From an uncultured Candidatus Saccharibacteria bacterium (GTDB lineage Bacteria > Patescibacteriota > Minisyncoccia > Phycocordibacterales > UBA2100): 62,467 bases of DNA. The stretch spans positions 1 through 62,467 of the forward strand of contig CAYNQE010000002.1 in NCBI GenBank assembly GCA_964399345.1, in the 5' to 3' direction. The position numbers and the translations under genes were made by a program. The notes beneath the pieces are model-generated. The model had not been told where the DNA came from. It did not search any database and saw only the letters and a list, made by a program, of their open reading frames with translations. Shown piece after piece: positions 17,799 through 26,430 of the stretch (position 1 is its first letter; the number at the start of each line of letters is the position of its first letter).

Positions 17799-18989
17799 CT
17801 ACGCAAGAGTTAGGATAACAACAGTCTCGTTATGGAAAGCTGGATTACATTTTTCAATGTTCCTAACTTCTCCCCCTAGTGGAGCCTGCTCTCCATATGT
17901 GTAGAAGCCAATAAGTGGAGTGTTTGCGCCTACAGCTTTTTGAATTGCTGCAATCTCATCTCCTTTACGTTCTCCAAAGAGTTTACTTCTTGCAATACAG
18001 TTAAAGATTATAACAGCACTTGGTTTTTCACCTTCTAGTTGTTCTACTGCTTTTTCTGCTGCAATTTCTGCTACCTTAACTGCCTCTTCACGTGAACCTA
18101 CCATCAACTGAATTTCAGATCCTTCAGGAATCTCGGCAGCACACGTTATTGAACCGTGCTCATCTACTGTTATGGGATCGCGAATCAACATTTCATCACT
18201 CCCCCCTACCTTCATCCCCAGTGGGTATGTGATTGCAAGTTGAGCTAGAGTTTTCTCTTTCAATTCTTTAGCTTCTTCTTCTCCAAAGTACTCTTCGTAT
18301 ACCTTAATTGCCGGTTCTCCATCGAGCTCGTGTAAAACAGAGCCTTCAGCCTTTGTTACCTTCTTTGGCATACCAATTGGAATCCATCCGTGCTTTACCC
18401 CTATTCCGAACTTAAACTCGCCCGAAAGTCCTACGCCAACTACCGTTCCTGAATACACCTTATCGTTTAGGTATTGGTATGTTTTTTCAAATCTAAAGTC
18501 ATCACCTGAGGCGCCTCCAACTAACGGGAAGTGTTCACCTAGGGATTGTAGTGCCCCTCTTACAATGTCTGCTCCATTTCCGGCAAGCACATCTGGAAAC
18601 ATTATAAAGGACTTTAATTCTTCTGTTGCTTGCACTTTTACAGAATCTGCAACTTTCCTTCCTGCCTCAACGGCACCTTCTGCTATTCCTTCTCCAATTC
18701 CTGCCCAAAAGCTAACTGTGTCTGAAGAAATTAACATAACAACTACTGAGTGACGGTCAGCCGGACCGTTAGTTGTAATCTCACCTGCGGTAGATGAGCC
18801 AACCAAAAGAGTGTCCCCTGTAATAGAGCGAACTCCCTCAAGCATTTCTTCTTGGTTATATTCAACTGAAGAAAGTACTATGGCTAATTTTGCCTCTTCT
18901 CCTAGTTCTTCCTTAGCCTGAAGAGCCGCCTCAACGCCTGCTTTGTGTGAATCGTCTCCTGAACCTATTCCAACGCCTGCTTTCATCAT
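17799..18989 (-). CDS. FIST-domain (FIST_N + FIST_C) sensory protein
   Basis: 396 aa. The length and sequence pattern are typical of stand-alone FIST proteins: N-terminal AIVLSSVEYNQEEMLEGVRS...LVGSSTAGEI and C-terminal ...IIFNCIARSKLFG...IGFYTYGEQAP. Confidence 0.7.
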   Translation of the reverse strand: MMKAGVGIGSGDDSHKAGVEAALQAKEELGEEAKLAIVLSSVEYNQEEMLEGVRSITGDTLLVGSSTAGEITTNGPADRHSVVVMLISSDTVSFWAGIGEGIAEGAVEAGRKVADSVKVQATEELKSFIMFPDVLAGNGADIVRGALQSLGEHFPLVGGASGDDFRFEKTYQYLNDKVYSGTVVGVGLSGEFKFGIGVKHGWIPIGMPKKVTKAEGSVLHELDGEPAIKVYEEYFGEEEAKELKEKTLAQLAITYPLGMKVGGSDEMLIRDPITVDEHGSITCAAEIPEGSEIQLMVGSREEAVKVAEIAAEKAVEQLEGEKPSAVIIFNCIARSKLFGERKGDEIAAIQKAVGANTPLIGFYTYGEQAPLGGEVRNIEKCNPAFHNETVVILTLA

Positions 18990-19059
18990 AATTAATGTTT
19001 TAACCTACTATTGGTCTCAGTATACCGTATATATTATTAGTACTGTATAATATCCACCT

Positions 19060-19698
19060 ATGATAGAAAAAAATAATATGAGTAGAATGATTTTAGACAT
19101 GGCGGCTAAATTCGAAGGTGAATTAATAGATGGATTTGAGGCAGTACAAAAATATCCAAAAACAGTAACCTTTTTTGGATCTGCTAGATTTCAAGAAGAT
19201 AACAAGCACTACCAAGTAGCACAAGATCTTGCAGCAAAGATATGTAAGGAAGGCTACACTGTAATAACAGGCGGTGGAGGCGGAATCATGGAGGCAGGAA
19301 ACCGAGGCTCCAAAGAAGAATGTGGAACTAGCGTTGGGTTCAATATAGAACTTCCTATGGAACAAGCGACCAATGAATATGTAACCCATGGAGTTAGCTT
19401 TAGTTTCTTTGCTTCAAGAAAGATGGCTATGTATTTCTCAGGAGAAGCCTACATCTTCTTCCCTGGAGGTTACGGAACTTTAGACGAATTCTTCCAAATA
19501 TTAACTCTTATACAAACTCAGAAAATAGAGTGTGCTCCAATAATTTGTGTAGGATCTGAATATTGGAACAGCGTTAATGAACTTATAACAAATACTCTCC
19601 TAGAAGAAGGGGCTATCTCAGAAGACGATCCTAGTCTGTATACAATAACGGACGACCTTGAGGAAGTGATGAGTATAATAAAGAATACTTCCCATTAA
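19060..19698 (+). CDS. LOG-family (TIGR00730-type) nucleotide phosphoribohydrolase
   Basis: 212 aa. Motifs TGGGGGIMEAGNRG and PGGYGTLDEFFQ. TATAAT (19046-19051) lies 8 nt upstream of the ATG. Confidence 0.85.
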   Translation: MIEKNNMSRMILDMAAKFEGELIDGFEAVQKYPKTVTFFGSARFQEDNKHYQVAQDLAAKICKEGYTVITGGGGGIMEAGNRGSKEECGTSVGFNIELPMEQATNEYVTHGVSFSFFASRKMAMYFSGEAYIFFPGGYGTLDEFFQILTLIQTQKIECAPIICVGSEYWNSVNELITNTLLEEGAISEDDPSLYTITDDLEEVMSIIKNTSH

Positions 19699-19700
19699 TA

Positions 19701-19961
19701 TTATTTATACACATCATGCGAACCAATAGCAGTGAGTATAACACTGTGTTTGTTCGTGTAAGCAAACACAATACGAATTCTATAGTTAACCGAGAAACTG
19801 TATCGGTTTTTATGAACTCCTTTTAATTTATGTATCTTTAGTTTCTTATGGTTTTCAGGATCTTTGAACTGTACTATTTTATCAAACGCTTCTTCTTTTA
19901 AGTTACTCTCTAGCTTTTTAAACATCCGCTTAAATTGCGGCGTAATTGAAACTGTTAGCAT
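19701..19961 (-). CDS. Type II toxin, RelE/ParE superfamily
   Basis: 86 aa. The pattern HKLKGVHKNRYSFSVNYRIRIVFAYTNKHSVILTAIGSHDVY is typical of RelE-fold toxins. It follows a small RHH-like antitoxin gene. Confidence 0.75.
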   Translation of the reverse strand: MLTVSITPQFKRMFKKLESNLKEEAFDKIVQFKDPENHKKLKIHKLKGVHKNRYSFSVNYRIRIVFAYTNKHSVILTAIGSHDVYK

Positions 19962-19967
19962 ATTTTA

Positions 19968-20180
19968 TTAGTCCATTAGGATCTTTTGCAAGTCACCACG
20001 GAGTATCTTCCCTTCAGAAATTTCACGTTCAGACTTTAAAATAGCATTTATTGCTTCATCCTCACGATAACGCTCAATAGCCTTACGGATTACCGCCACT
20101 CTATTAGCCCCTGTAATATCAACAAGCTCACTTAGGGCTTCTTCTATTTCTGAATTGATTGGAACTGAAATTGTAGTCAT
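19968..20180 (-). CDS. Type II antitoxin (ribbon-helix-helix-like)
   Basis: 70 aa. N-terminal beta strand MTTISVPINSEIEEAL followed by two helices (NRVAVIRKAIERY). Lies 6 nt upstream of the toxin gene. Confidence 0.65.
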   Translation of the reverse strand: MTTISVPINSEIEEALSELVDITGANRVAVIRKAIERYREDEAINAILKSEREISEGKILRGDLQKILMD

Positions 20181-20243
20181 ATAAAAGTATGAGTTTTTAA
20201 TACTTATTTATAGTACACTTCTTTTCTGAATATGCAACAATTA

Positions 20244-21227
20244 CTAGTACCTCCAAATCCTTCTGACCACTACCCACATAACCTTTGCAAATATTGTTAT
20301 ACCAACTAATGCAATTGCTCCTAGAACAATCATCTGAATTCCACCTAGTGCAAATGTTATTAATCCAACACTTAATGCTAGAACTGTTGCATTAAACTTT
20401 GTAAACAACTCTTGAACACCATCATTCCATATATCAGTATCTATGAAAACAACTCTTTGTACGGAAACATTAAAGTGTGCATATTCTATCTGCTCAATCT
20501 GATCTCCCCTGTTCTTTGTTAGTCTATCTATTCTATCTTGTGTGTTTAACAACTGTTGGTTCAATCGATCTACTGTTGAAATTTTATTATTAATCACCTC
20601 AGATAAAGTTGAAGTATCTCCTTCTCTTGTTGCTTGAGCAATAAGTGAATTAAACGAGCTTTCTGCTTGTCTTAGAGTCTCATTAGTAGAAGTTAGTCTT
20701 CTTTGTAACATTTCTAATTCACTATCATTATATTCAATACTTCTTTCAAGAGTACTTGTGTTAATACTGAAGTCTCTTGGGTTAAGATCCTTAAGTGCTG
20801 CAATTATCTCCTCTTCATATTCAACTTCTGCTTGGAAATTATAGCTACACCAGTCCTCACTTTTATTCGAGCTACTAAACACAACATGCTCAAGTGGCTT
20901 TAAGTCACTAACTGCTGTACAAGTTTGTTCAAACTTCCGCGTTTCGTATCGTGCATTGTAATTTCGCCGCTCATATTCTTCAGCATCTGCGCCTGCTTGG
21001 TCAAAAGCTGGTTCCACCATAAACGAACTAACCATTTTCTCCATTCCACCTGCAAATCCATCCATTTGGAATACCTGTTTAGTAAAGTTATCTCCTTTAG
21101 TTAAAAAATTAAATGCCCCTACTGCTATTGAAAGGGCAACTACAACAATTACAAAAGCAATTGATGCTTTCATAATCGATTTAAGTGACCAATCAAAATT
21201 TATTATTTGTTCTTTTAATTTATTCAC
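20244..21227 (-). CDS. Membrane-anchored coiled-coil protein, unknown function (GTG start)
   Basis: 327 aa. One N-terminal TM helix, a long coiled-coil middle and two C-terminal TM helices. The first codon in the track is GTG (21225-21227). TATAAT (21234-21239, minus) lies 6 nt upstream. Confidence 0.55.
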   Translation of the reverse strand: MNKLKEQIINFDWSLKSIMKASIAFVIVVVALSIAVGAFNFLTKGDNFTKQVFQMDGFAGGMEKMVSSFMVEPAFDQAGADAEEYERRNYNARYETRKFEQTCTAVSDLKPLEHVVFSSSNKSEDWCSYNFQAEVEYEEEIIAALKDLNPRDFSINTSTLERSIEYNDSELEMLQRRLTSTNETLRQAESSFNSLIAQATREGDTSTLSEVINNKISTVDRLNQQLLNTQDRIDRLTKNRGDQIEQIEYAHFNVSVQRVVFIDTDIWNDGVQELFTKFNATVLALSVGLITFALGGIQMIVLGAIALVGITIFAKVMWVVVRRIWRY

Positions 21228-21260
21228 GGGGAAATTATATCATGTGCTACACTTATACGT

Positions 21261-22307
21261 ATGCATTTTAAAGCTATCCAAATGGGGCTCTTTATTTTCC
21301 TAATGATCGCTGCAACCTACCTTTTTGGTTGGTTGATAAGCGGATATTTGTTACCTATTTTCTGGGCAATAGTTTTAGCTATTATTTTCCACCCTGTATA
21401 CAAAAAACTACTTTCCTACACTAAAAACAAAGCCTCCCTTTCTTCACTAGTTACAATACTGTTTATTATGACAGTTGTTATCGTTCCTATATATATTTTA
21501 GGGGTTTTAGTTACTGAGGAGGCAGTCTCACTTTATGCACAGCTTACTTTGGATAACGGCTCCGTCAATGTATTAACACAAGTACAAAACGCACTAGCAC
21601 CACTTGAACAATACGGAGTAGACACCACAAAAATTGAAGTAGAGATCCTATCGTTCACTCAAAAGATTAGCGAACAAATAGGAACTTACGCTTTTGACAT
21701 TGGCAGGGCTACGGCCGGAACAATAATTGCTACCCTACTTACTCTATATATATTGTTTTTTACCCTAAGAGACGGTGAGCATATTGGAAAAAGAATAATG
21801 GAAGCACTTCCATTGGGTGATACCAAAGAAAAGATGCTGTTCAACCGTTTTGTTTCAATTGTTCATGCAATGTTTAAGGGGACTTTTATAATAGCCGTCA
21901 TACAAGGTGTCATTGGTGGAATATTGTTCTTAAGTGTTGGAATAGAAAGTGCAGCACTCTGGGCTTTTGTTATGGGACTCTTTGCCTTAATTCCTGCAGT
22001 AGGACCCGCTATTGTTTGGCTACCGGCGGGATTACTTCTTCTTATGTCAGGAAGTACCTGGGAAGGAGTTACGGTGTTAGCCGTTGGAGTAGTTATAATT
22101 AGCTTAATTGATAACCTTCTTCGTCCAGTATTGGTTGCAAAAGAAGCACAAATGTCTGATGTATTAATATTACTTTCAGTTTTGGGAGGACTTTCACTCT
22201 TTGGAATAGCGGGAATAATAATAGGGCCTGTTATAACAGCCTTCTTCCTATCTATGTGGCAACTATTTGAACACGATTTTGCAAAAGAACTGAAAAAGTT
22301 TGGGTAG
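21261..22307 (+). CDS. AI-2E family transporter (PerM/UPF0118-type permease)
   Basis: 348 aa, about 8 TM helices, with the characteristic C-terminal half ...IPAVGPAIVWLPAG...DNLLRPVLV... TACACT lies 7 nt upstream of the ATG. Confidence 0.8.
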   Translation: MHFKAIQMGLFIFLMIAATYLFGWLISGYLLPIFWAIVLAIIFHPVYKKLLSYTKNKASLSSLVTILFIMTVVIVPIYILGVLVTEEAVSLYAQLTLDNGSVNVLTQVQNALAPLEQYGVDTTKIEVEILSFTQKISEQIGTYAFDIGRATAGTIIATLLTLYILFFTLRDGEHIGKRIMEALPLGDTKEKMLFNRFVSIVHAMFKGTFIIAVIQGVIGGILFLSVGIESAALWAFVMGLFALIPAVGPAIVWLPAGLLLLMSGSTWEGVTVLAVGVVIISLIDNLLRPVLVAKEAQMSDVLILLSVLGGLSLFGIAGIIIGPVITAFFLSMWQLFEHDFAKELKKFG

Positions 22308-22355
22308 ACTACACCCTTTCTTTGTGAGACTATAAATACAGGAAGGAGGGTTGTT

Positions 22356-22559
22356 ATGAAAAACGGCTCTATTGTTTACCTGAACGAGGACACCCTAAAT
22401 GCGCTTGCCCGCGCATGTGGGCCAAGTACAAGAAAGCACCCAGACGCAGCGATTCGCTTACTACTTAGAGAGATCGCAAAACCTGGAGGTAACGAATCTG
22501 TCGCACAAACTAAAGCAGATGTGCAAAAAAAGATGATGGAAAAATTTCCCTTGAAATAA
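22356..22559 (+). CDS. Small orphan protein (67 aa), possibly DNA-binding
   Basis: Strong Shine-Dalgarno (SD) sequence GGAAGGAGGG 5 nt upstream. Followed by GC hairpin GACGCCCC-N10-GGGGCGTC (22562-22587). No recognisable family. Confidence 0.5.
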   Translation: MKNGSIVYLNEDTLNALARACGPSTRKHPDAAIRLLLREIAKPGGNESVAQTKADVQKKMMEKFPLK

Positions 22560-22657
22560 CAGACGCCCCTTCTCACGACGGGGCGTCACCTATATTGCAA
22601 CCAATAATACCGCGTGGTATAGTCTTTAAACGTCCATTTGGGCGTTTCTTATATATA

Positions 22658-23200
22658 ATGCAAGACGAAGTACGAATTAATGAAGGTATCCGCGTATCAG
22701 AGGTACGTGTTGTTGGTAATGATGGTGAAAACCTAGATATTATGCCAACTAGTGATGCTATTAAGATGGCCCAAGAGCAAGGATTAGACCTCATTGAAGT
22801 CTCTCCTAAAGCTAAGCCTCCTGTAGCTCGGATTACCGACTACGGACAGTACAAGTACGAGCTTAAAAAGAAAGAAAAAGCCATCAAGGCTAAGTCGCAT
22901 GTTACCGAGACAAAAGTAGTCCAAGTTAAGATCGGTACAGAAGAAGGAGACTTAAATCGTAAGGCTCAAAAGGTAGGAGACTGGCTCGTTCAAGGCCACC
23001 GAGCGAAAATTGATCTCTTCTTATGGGGACGGTACAAATACATGGAACCCAGCTTTCTTAAAGAAAGGCTTGAAAGATTCCTTGCAATCATCCCTGAATC
23101 ATATAAGATAGCCGACGATATAAAGAAAAGCCCAAAAGGGCTAACTGTTGTTATCGAACCAGATAAAAGCGGTAAAAAGAAGGAACATGAAGACAAATAA
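22658..23200 (+). CDS. infC: Translation initiation factor IF-3
   Basis: MQDEVRINEGIRVSEVRVVGNDGENLDIMPTSDAIKMAQEQGLDLIEVSP matches the IF3 N domain, and the C domain is present. The start is uncertain (ATG 22658 chosen) because infC often uses non-ATG starts. Confidence 0.9.
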   Translation: MQDEVRINEGIRVSEVRVVGNDGENLDIMPTSDAIKMAQEQGLDLIEVSPKAKPPVARITDYGQYKYELKKKEKAIKAKSHVTETKVVQVKIGTEEGDLNRKAQKVGDWLVQGHRAKIDLFLWGRYKYMEPSFLKERLERFLAIIPESYKIADDIKKSPKGLTVVIEPDKSGKKKEHEDK

Positions 23201-23372
23201 ATCATTTTCAAAACGAATACGAGTTACTAAGAACGGCAAGTTAGTTGTTCGTAAGCCTGGACAAAACCACTTTAATGCAAAGATGTCTGGAAACCAGAAG
23301 ATGGCTCAGAAACGATCAGCTCTTCTTTCCATGACAAACAAACAAAAGAGTAGATTTCTACCTAACAAATAA
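23187..23372 (+). CDS. rpmI: 50S ribosomal protein L35
   Basis: MKTNKSFSKRIRVTKNGKLVVRKPGQNHF... is the classic L35 pattern. It overlaps the infC end by 14 nt. Confidence 0.9.
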   Translation: MKTNKSFSKRIRVTKNGKLVVRKPGQNHFNAKMSGNQKMAQKRSALLSMTNKQKSRFLPNK

Positions 23373-23375
23373 TAT

Positions 23376-23720
23376 ATGGCAAGAGTAAAAAGAGGAACAA
23401 CTTCATTAAAGACAAGAAAGAACGTACTTAAACGCGTTAAGGGTTACCGCTTTGGCCGTTCAACTAAAGAACGACAAGCGCGTGAGGCAATAGCACACGC
23501 AGGAAACCACGCTTTTTCTCACCGAAGAAAGAAAAAGGGAGACTTCCGTCGTCTTTGGACAGTTAAACTAAACGCTGCACTTCGACCTCTTGAAATGACG
23601 TACAGTAAATTCATTGATGCACTTACAAAAAGAGAGATCACACTAAACCGTAAAGTGCTTTCAGAGATTGCACACTCTGAGCCAGAAACTTTTAAACGAA
23701 TTGTTGAGGTAGTAAAATAA
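23376..23720 (+). CDS. rplT: 50S ribosomal protein L20
   Basis: MARVKRGTTSLKTRKNVLKRVKGYRFGRS... is the classic L20 N-terminus. Confidence 0.95.
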   Translation: MARVKRGTTSLKTRKNVLKRVKGYRFGRSTKERQAREAIAHAGNHAFSHRRKKKGDFRRLWTVKLNAALRPLEMTYSKFIDALTKREITLNRKVLSEIAHSEPETFKRIVEVVK

Positions 23721-23727
23721 CAAAGAG

Positions 23728-23749
23728 CCACCCGTGAGGGTGGTTTTTT
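23728..23749 (+). terminator. Rho-independent terminator after rplT
   Basis: CCACCC-GTGA-GGGTGG followed by TTTTTT. Confidence 0.8.
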
Positions 23750-23819
23750 GTTATTGCATAAAAGACAACCATGCTGTTTACTGTAAACAGGTAAACATTA
23801 AATAAGTGAGGTATCTCAA

Positions 23820-24020
23820 ATGCTGGCATTCGGAATATTAATTGGATTAGCAATTGGATGGTTTCTTTTTTGGGCTATCGTAATCGCAATTCAAACGAAG
23901 GGCAAAATAACAATCCAAGAACTCGCTATTCATGCCTTTGTGGTGGGTGCAACCGTAACAGAAACGAAGAAACTTCCTTCGTTTACACCAAACTGGCGTG
24001 AAGAGATGCGCAAAGAATAA
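23820..24020 (+). CDS. Small membrane ORF (66 aa)
   Basis: GAGG 8 nt upstream. N-terminal TM helix LAFGILIGLAIGWFLFWAIVIAI. Followed by hairpin ATCGCCCG...CGGGCGAT (24020-24053). Confidence 0.45.
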   Translation: MLAFGILIGLAIGWFLFWAIVIAIQTKGKITIQELAIHAFVVGATVTETKKLPSFTPNWREEMRKE

Positions 24021-24057
24021 TCGCCCGGCAGATCCTCCGATCTTTCGGGCGATTCTG

Positions 24058-24927
24058 TTATCTACCAAACATCTCCAACCTAAACGCCTCTATCTCTCTT
24101 TGAGGCAGGTCGTAGAAGTATTTTCCTTGGTTTTTAAGCTCCGTTGCAAGCGCAACTCCAACAAATCTCCAGTGCCAGGGTTCAAATTCGTAATAATCGT
24201 TGTTTTTTGGATATGAGAGCACAAATCCGTGTTTGTACGCATTACTCACAAGCCAATTATACTCGTCTGTGGGCTCAAATTTGAGCAAATCAGCGCTAGT
24301 TCCGATGTCTACTGTGGTTCCTAACTGATGTTCTGAATACCCTTGATCTGCAACGAACTGATTCGCTGTTCCCTCTCCGAATGTAACTACGTTCCTATCC
24401 TTTAGATCTTCTTGATAATTAAAAGAACGGAATGAAGAAACAACGAAAGGTTTCAACCCCGTAGCCTTCATTTTGTTAAGCATATCTACAAGAAAAGGTT
24501 GGACTTCTTTATGAATTTCTAACTTTTTATCTGAGAGAACAAAGTCATCCGGAATGTATGCAAGACTCCCGGGAGTGTAGTGTTCATTTAAGAAAAAGAT
24601 CTTTGAATATTTCGCCAGCAATTCTTTATCTGCTTCTTCAAGTTTTTTAATATCCTCAACTGTCTGAGTTGCACCTTCAATCAAATTCTTCATATATGAA
24701 AAATCGTACGCGGAAGCATCTGATTGTTCTCTTAAAACTCTTATGAATTCTTTGTGAGCTTCGACTTGTTCAATTTGTGCAACCAATCTATCTTCGTAAT
24801 CTAAAAGAAGAACGTCTTTTTGATTAATTTCTTCTTGCAATGAATTAACCTTGGTAAAACCAAGTCCTCCAAGAACTAAAACTAATATTATTGAAATAAT
24901 TATCCTCATATTAGAAATCCATCTCAA
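24058..24927 (-). CDS. Peptidase M15 (VanY-like D-Ala-D-Ala carboxypeptidase) with N-terminal membrane anchor
   Basis: 289 aa. Zn-ligand motifs SEHQLGTTVD and EPWHWRFVG. One N-terminal TM helix plus a coiled coil. Confidence 0.8.
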   Translation of the reverse strand: MRWISNMRIIISIILVLVLGGLGFTKVNSLQEEINQKDVLLLDYEDRLVAQIEQVEAHKEFIRVLREQSDASAYDFSYMKNLIEGATQTVEDIKKLEEADKELLAKYSKIFFLNEHYTPGSLAYIPDDFVLSDKKLEIHKEVQPFLVDMLNKMKATGLKPFVVSSFRSFNYQEDLKDRNVVTFGEGTANQFVADQGYSEHQLGTTVDIGTSADLLKFEPTDEYNWLVSNAYKHGFVLSYPKNNDYYEFEPWHWRFVGVALATELKNQGKYFYDLPQREIEAFRLEMFGR

Positions 24928-26257
24928 CTACCTCTCCCTGTTCAGGCGCCCGTGCGTTGACTCCAAGGAAATCCCTAAGTCTTTGAACTAAGAAGAGTGA
25001 CGACTTTGGCTCTCCCATTGCAACAAACACTTCCTCCAATGAATCTTTTGAGTTTTCAACGAATTCGATAAGACCTTCTCTGTCTTTGTGAGCAGAAAAT
25101 CCTCGAATCGTTTCTTTCTTTGCTCTTATAACAACCTTTTTCTTGTTTATCCTAACGGGAGACTCTCCATCTTGAATTCTTCTTCCAAGGGTTCCAGCAC
25201 CTTGATAGCCCACAAAGAGAATTGTATTGTTGGCGTCTCCTAGTAGATCGCTCTCGTGCATTAATACCCTTCCTCCAACAGACATACCAGAACCTGCAAT
25301 TATTACTTTAGGCGAAGGTGCCTTTAATAGTCCTTTTGATTCCCTAGCCTCATCGATAACCTTAAAACGAGGAAAATCAAAAATATCATCCCCTCCTTCT
25401 ATTTCTTTAATAACACGTTCGTTAAATAGATGTGTATAGTTTCTGTATACATCTGTTACCTTACTCGCCAATGGTGAGTCTAAATATACAGGAATTTCTG
25501 GAACCTCTCCGCTTTCTATCATCTTGTTTATCTCATAAACCAAAAGCTGTGTTCTTTGCATTGCAAAAGAAGGTATTAGTAATGTCCCTTTTATGTTTAA
25601 CAAAGATTGTTTTAACAATTCCACCCTATCATCACGGTTTTCATGAACACGATCACCATATACACTCTCCATTAAAATATAGTTTGCGTCTTTAACCACA
25701 AAAGTATCTTTTAAAAGTGGTGCCGGAGAGTTTCCTAAGTCCCCCGTTGCTACAAACTTCCTTCCACCGCGAACAAACTCAACCATTGAAGCTCCAAGAA
25801 TGTGTCCTGCATCTAAAAATGTTACCTCTATATTATCTCCAATATTAAACTCTTTATGATAGTCGTGAGTTTTCCAAAGCGAAAGTGCTAAGTTAGAGTC
25901 TTCAGTTTTGTACAAGGGTTCAATCCCTATTTTTTTTGCCTCTTGTGAAAGAATTCGAACAGCATCTTCAAACATAACCTCAGTTAAATCAAGTGTAGCT
26001 GGAGTTGAAAATATCTCTCCTCTAAATCCGTCTTTAACTAATTTTGGAATACGCCCAATGTGATCGGAGTGAGCGTGGGTTACAAACAAAATATCTATAT
26101 TAGAAGGATCGTATTCAAAATCGTCGTAATTCTTTTCCTTTCCAATTCCTTGAAGCATTCCACAGTCTATTAAGATTCTCTTTCCCCCTGTTTCGAACAG
26201 AAAATTAGCACCCGTTACTGTTCCTGCACCTCCTACGAACGTCAATTTGGATTTCAT
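24911..26257 (-). CDS. MBL-fold beta-CASP ribonuclease-like hydrolase
   Basis: 448 aa. HAHSDHIG motif, a beta-CASP-sized insert and a C-terminal RMMBL-like region. TAATAT (26264-26269, minus) lies 6 nt upstream of the ATG. Confidence 0.8.
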   Translation of the reverse strand: MKSKLTFVGGAGTVTGANFLFETGGKRILIDCGMLQGIGKEKNYDDFEYDPSNIDILFVTHAHSDHIGRIPKLVKDGFRGEIFSTPATLDLTEVMFEDAVRILSQEAKKIGIEPLYKTEDSNLALSLWKTHDYHKEFNIGDNIEVTFLDAGHILGASMVEFVRGGRKFVATGDLGNSPAPLLKDTFVVKDANYILMESVYGDRVHENRDDRVELLKQSLLNIKGTLLIPSFAMQRTQLLVYEINKMIESGEVPEIPVYLDSPLASKVTDVYRNYTHLFNERVIKEIEGGDDIFDFPRFKVIDEARESKGLLKAPSPKVIIAGSGMSVGGRVLMHESDLLGDANNTILFVGYQGAGTLGRRIQDGESPVRINKKKVVIRAKKETIRGFSAHKDREGLIEFVENSKDSLEEVFVAMGEPKSSLFLVQRLRDFLGVNARAPEQGEVVEMDF

Positions 26258-26276
26258 AGCTAAATATTAACACACA

Positions 26277-26304
26277 CAAAAACCCGTTACATGAACGGGC
26301 TTTT
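26277..26304. terminator. Hairpin flanked by A-run and T-run (bidirectional terminator shape)
   Basis: AAAAA-CCCGTT-ACATGA-AACGGG-CTTTT. It lies about 130 nt downstream of the ndk stop and 25 nt upstream of the beta-CASP start. Confidence 0.6.
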
Positions 26305-26430
26305 GTATGCAGTGGGCAAACCTGGAAAGACCAGGTGGGTGATCTCAGAATGATACGAAGTATCAAACGATTCGATCTCCCTGAAAAGTGCAATTAAGCA
26401 GGAATGCCCTACTGCTTTTTCATTATATCA

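Noticed and set aside
23774-23790. LexA SOS box
   Set aside because: The CTGT...ACAG half-sites are separated by 9 nt instead of 8, and no lexA or SOS gene is nearby. Reported only as an unexplained palindrome.
26305-26416. Identification of the structured intergenic element as SRP (4.5S) RNA
   Set aside because: It contains ACCAGGU and AAGCAGG strings reminiscent of SRP domain IV. However, the apical loop is not a GNAR tetraloop in the right context, and the conserved motifs are about 60 nt apart and separated by extra hairpins. I therefore kept it as an unclassified element only.
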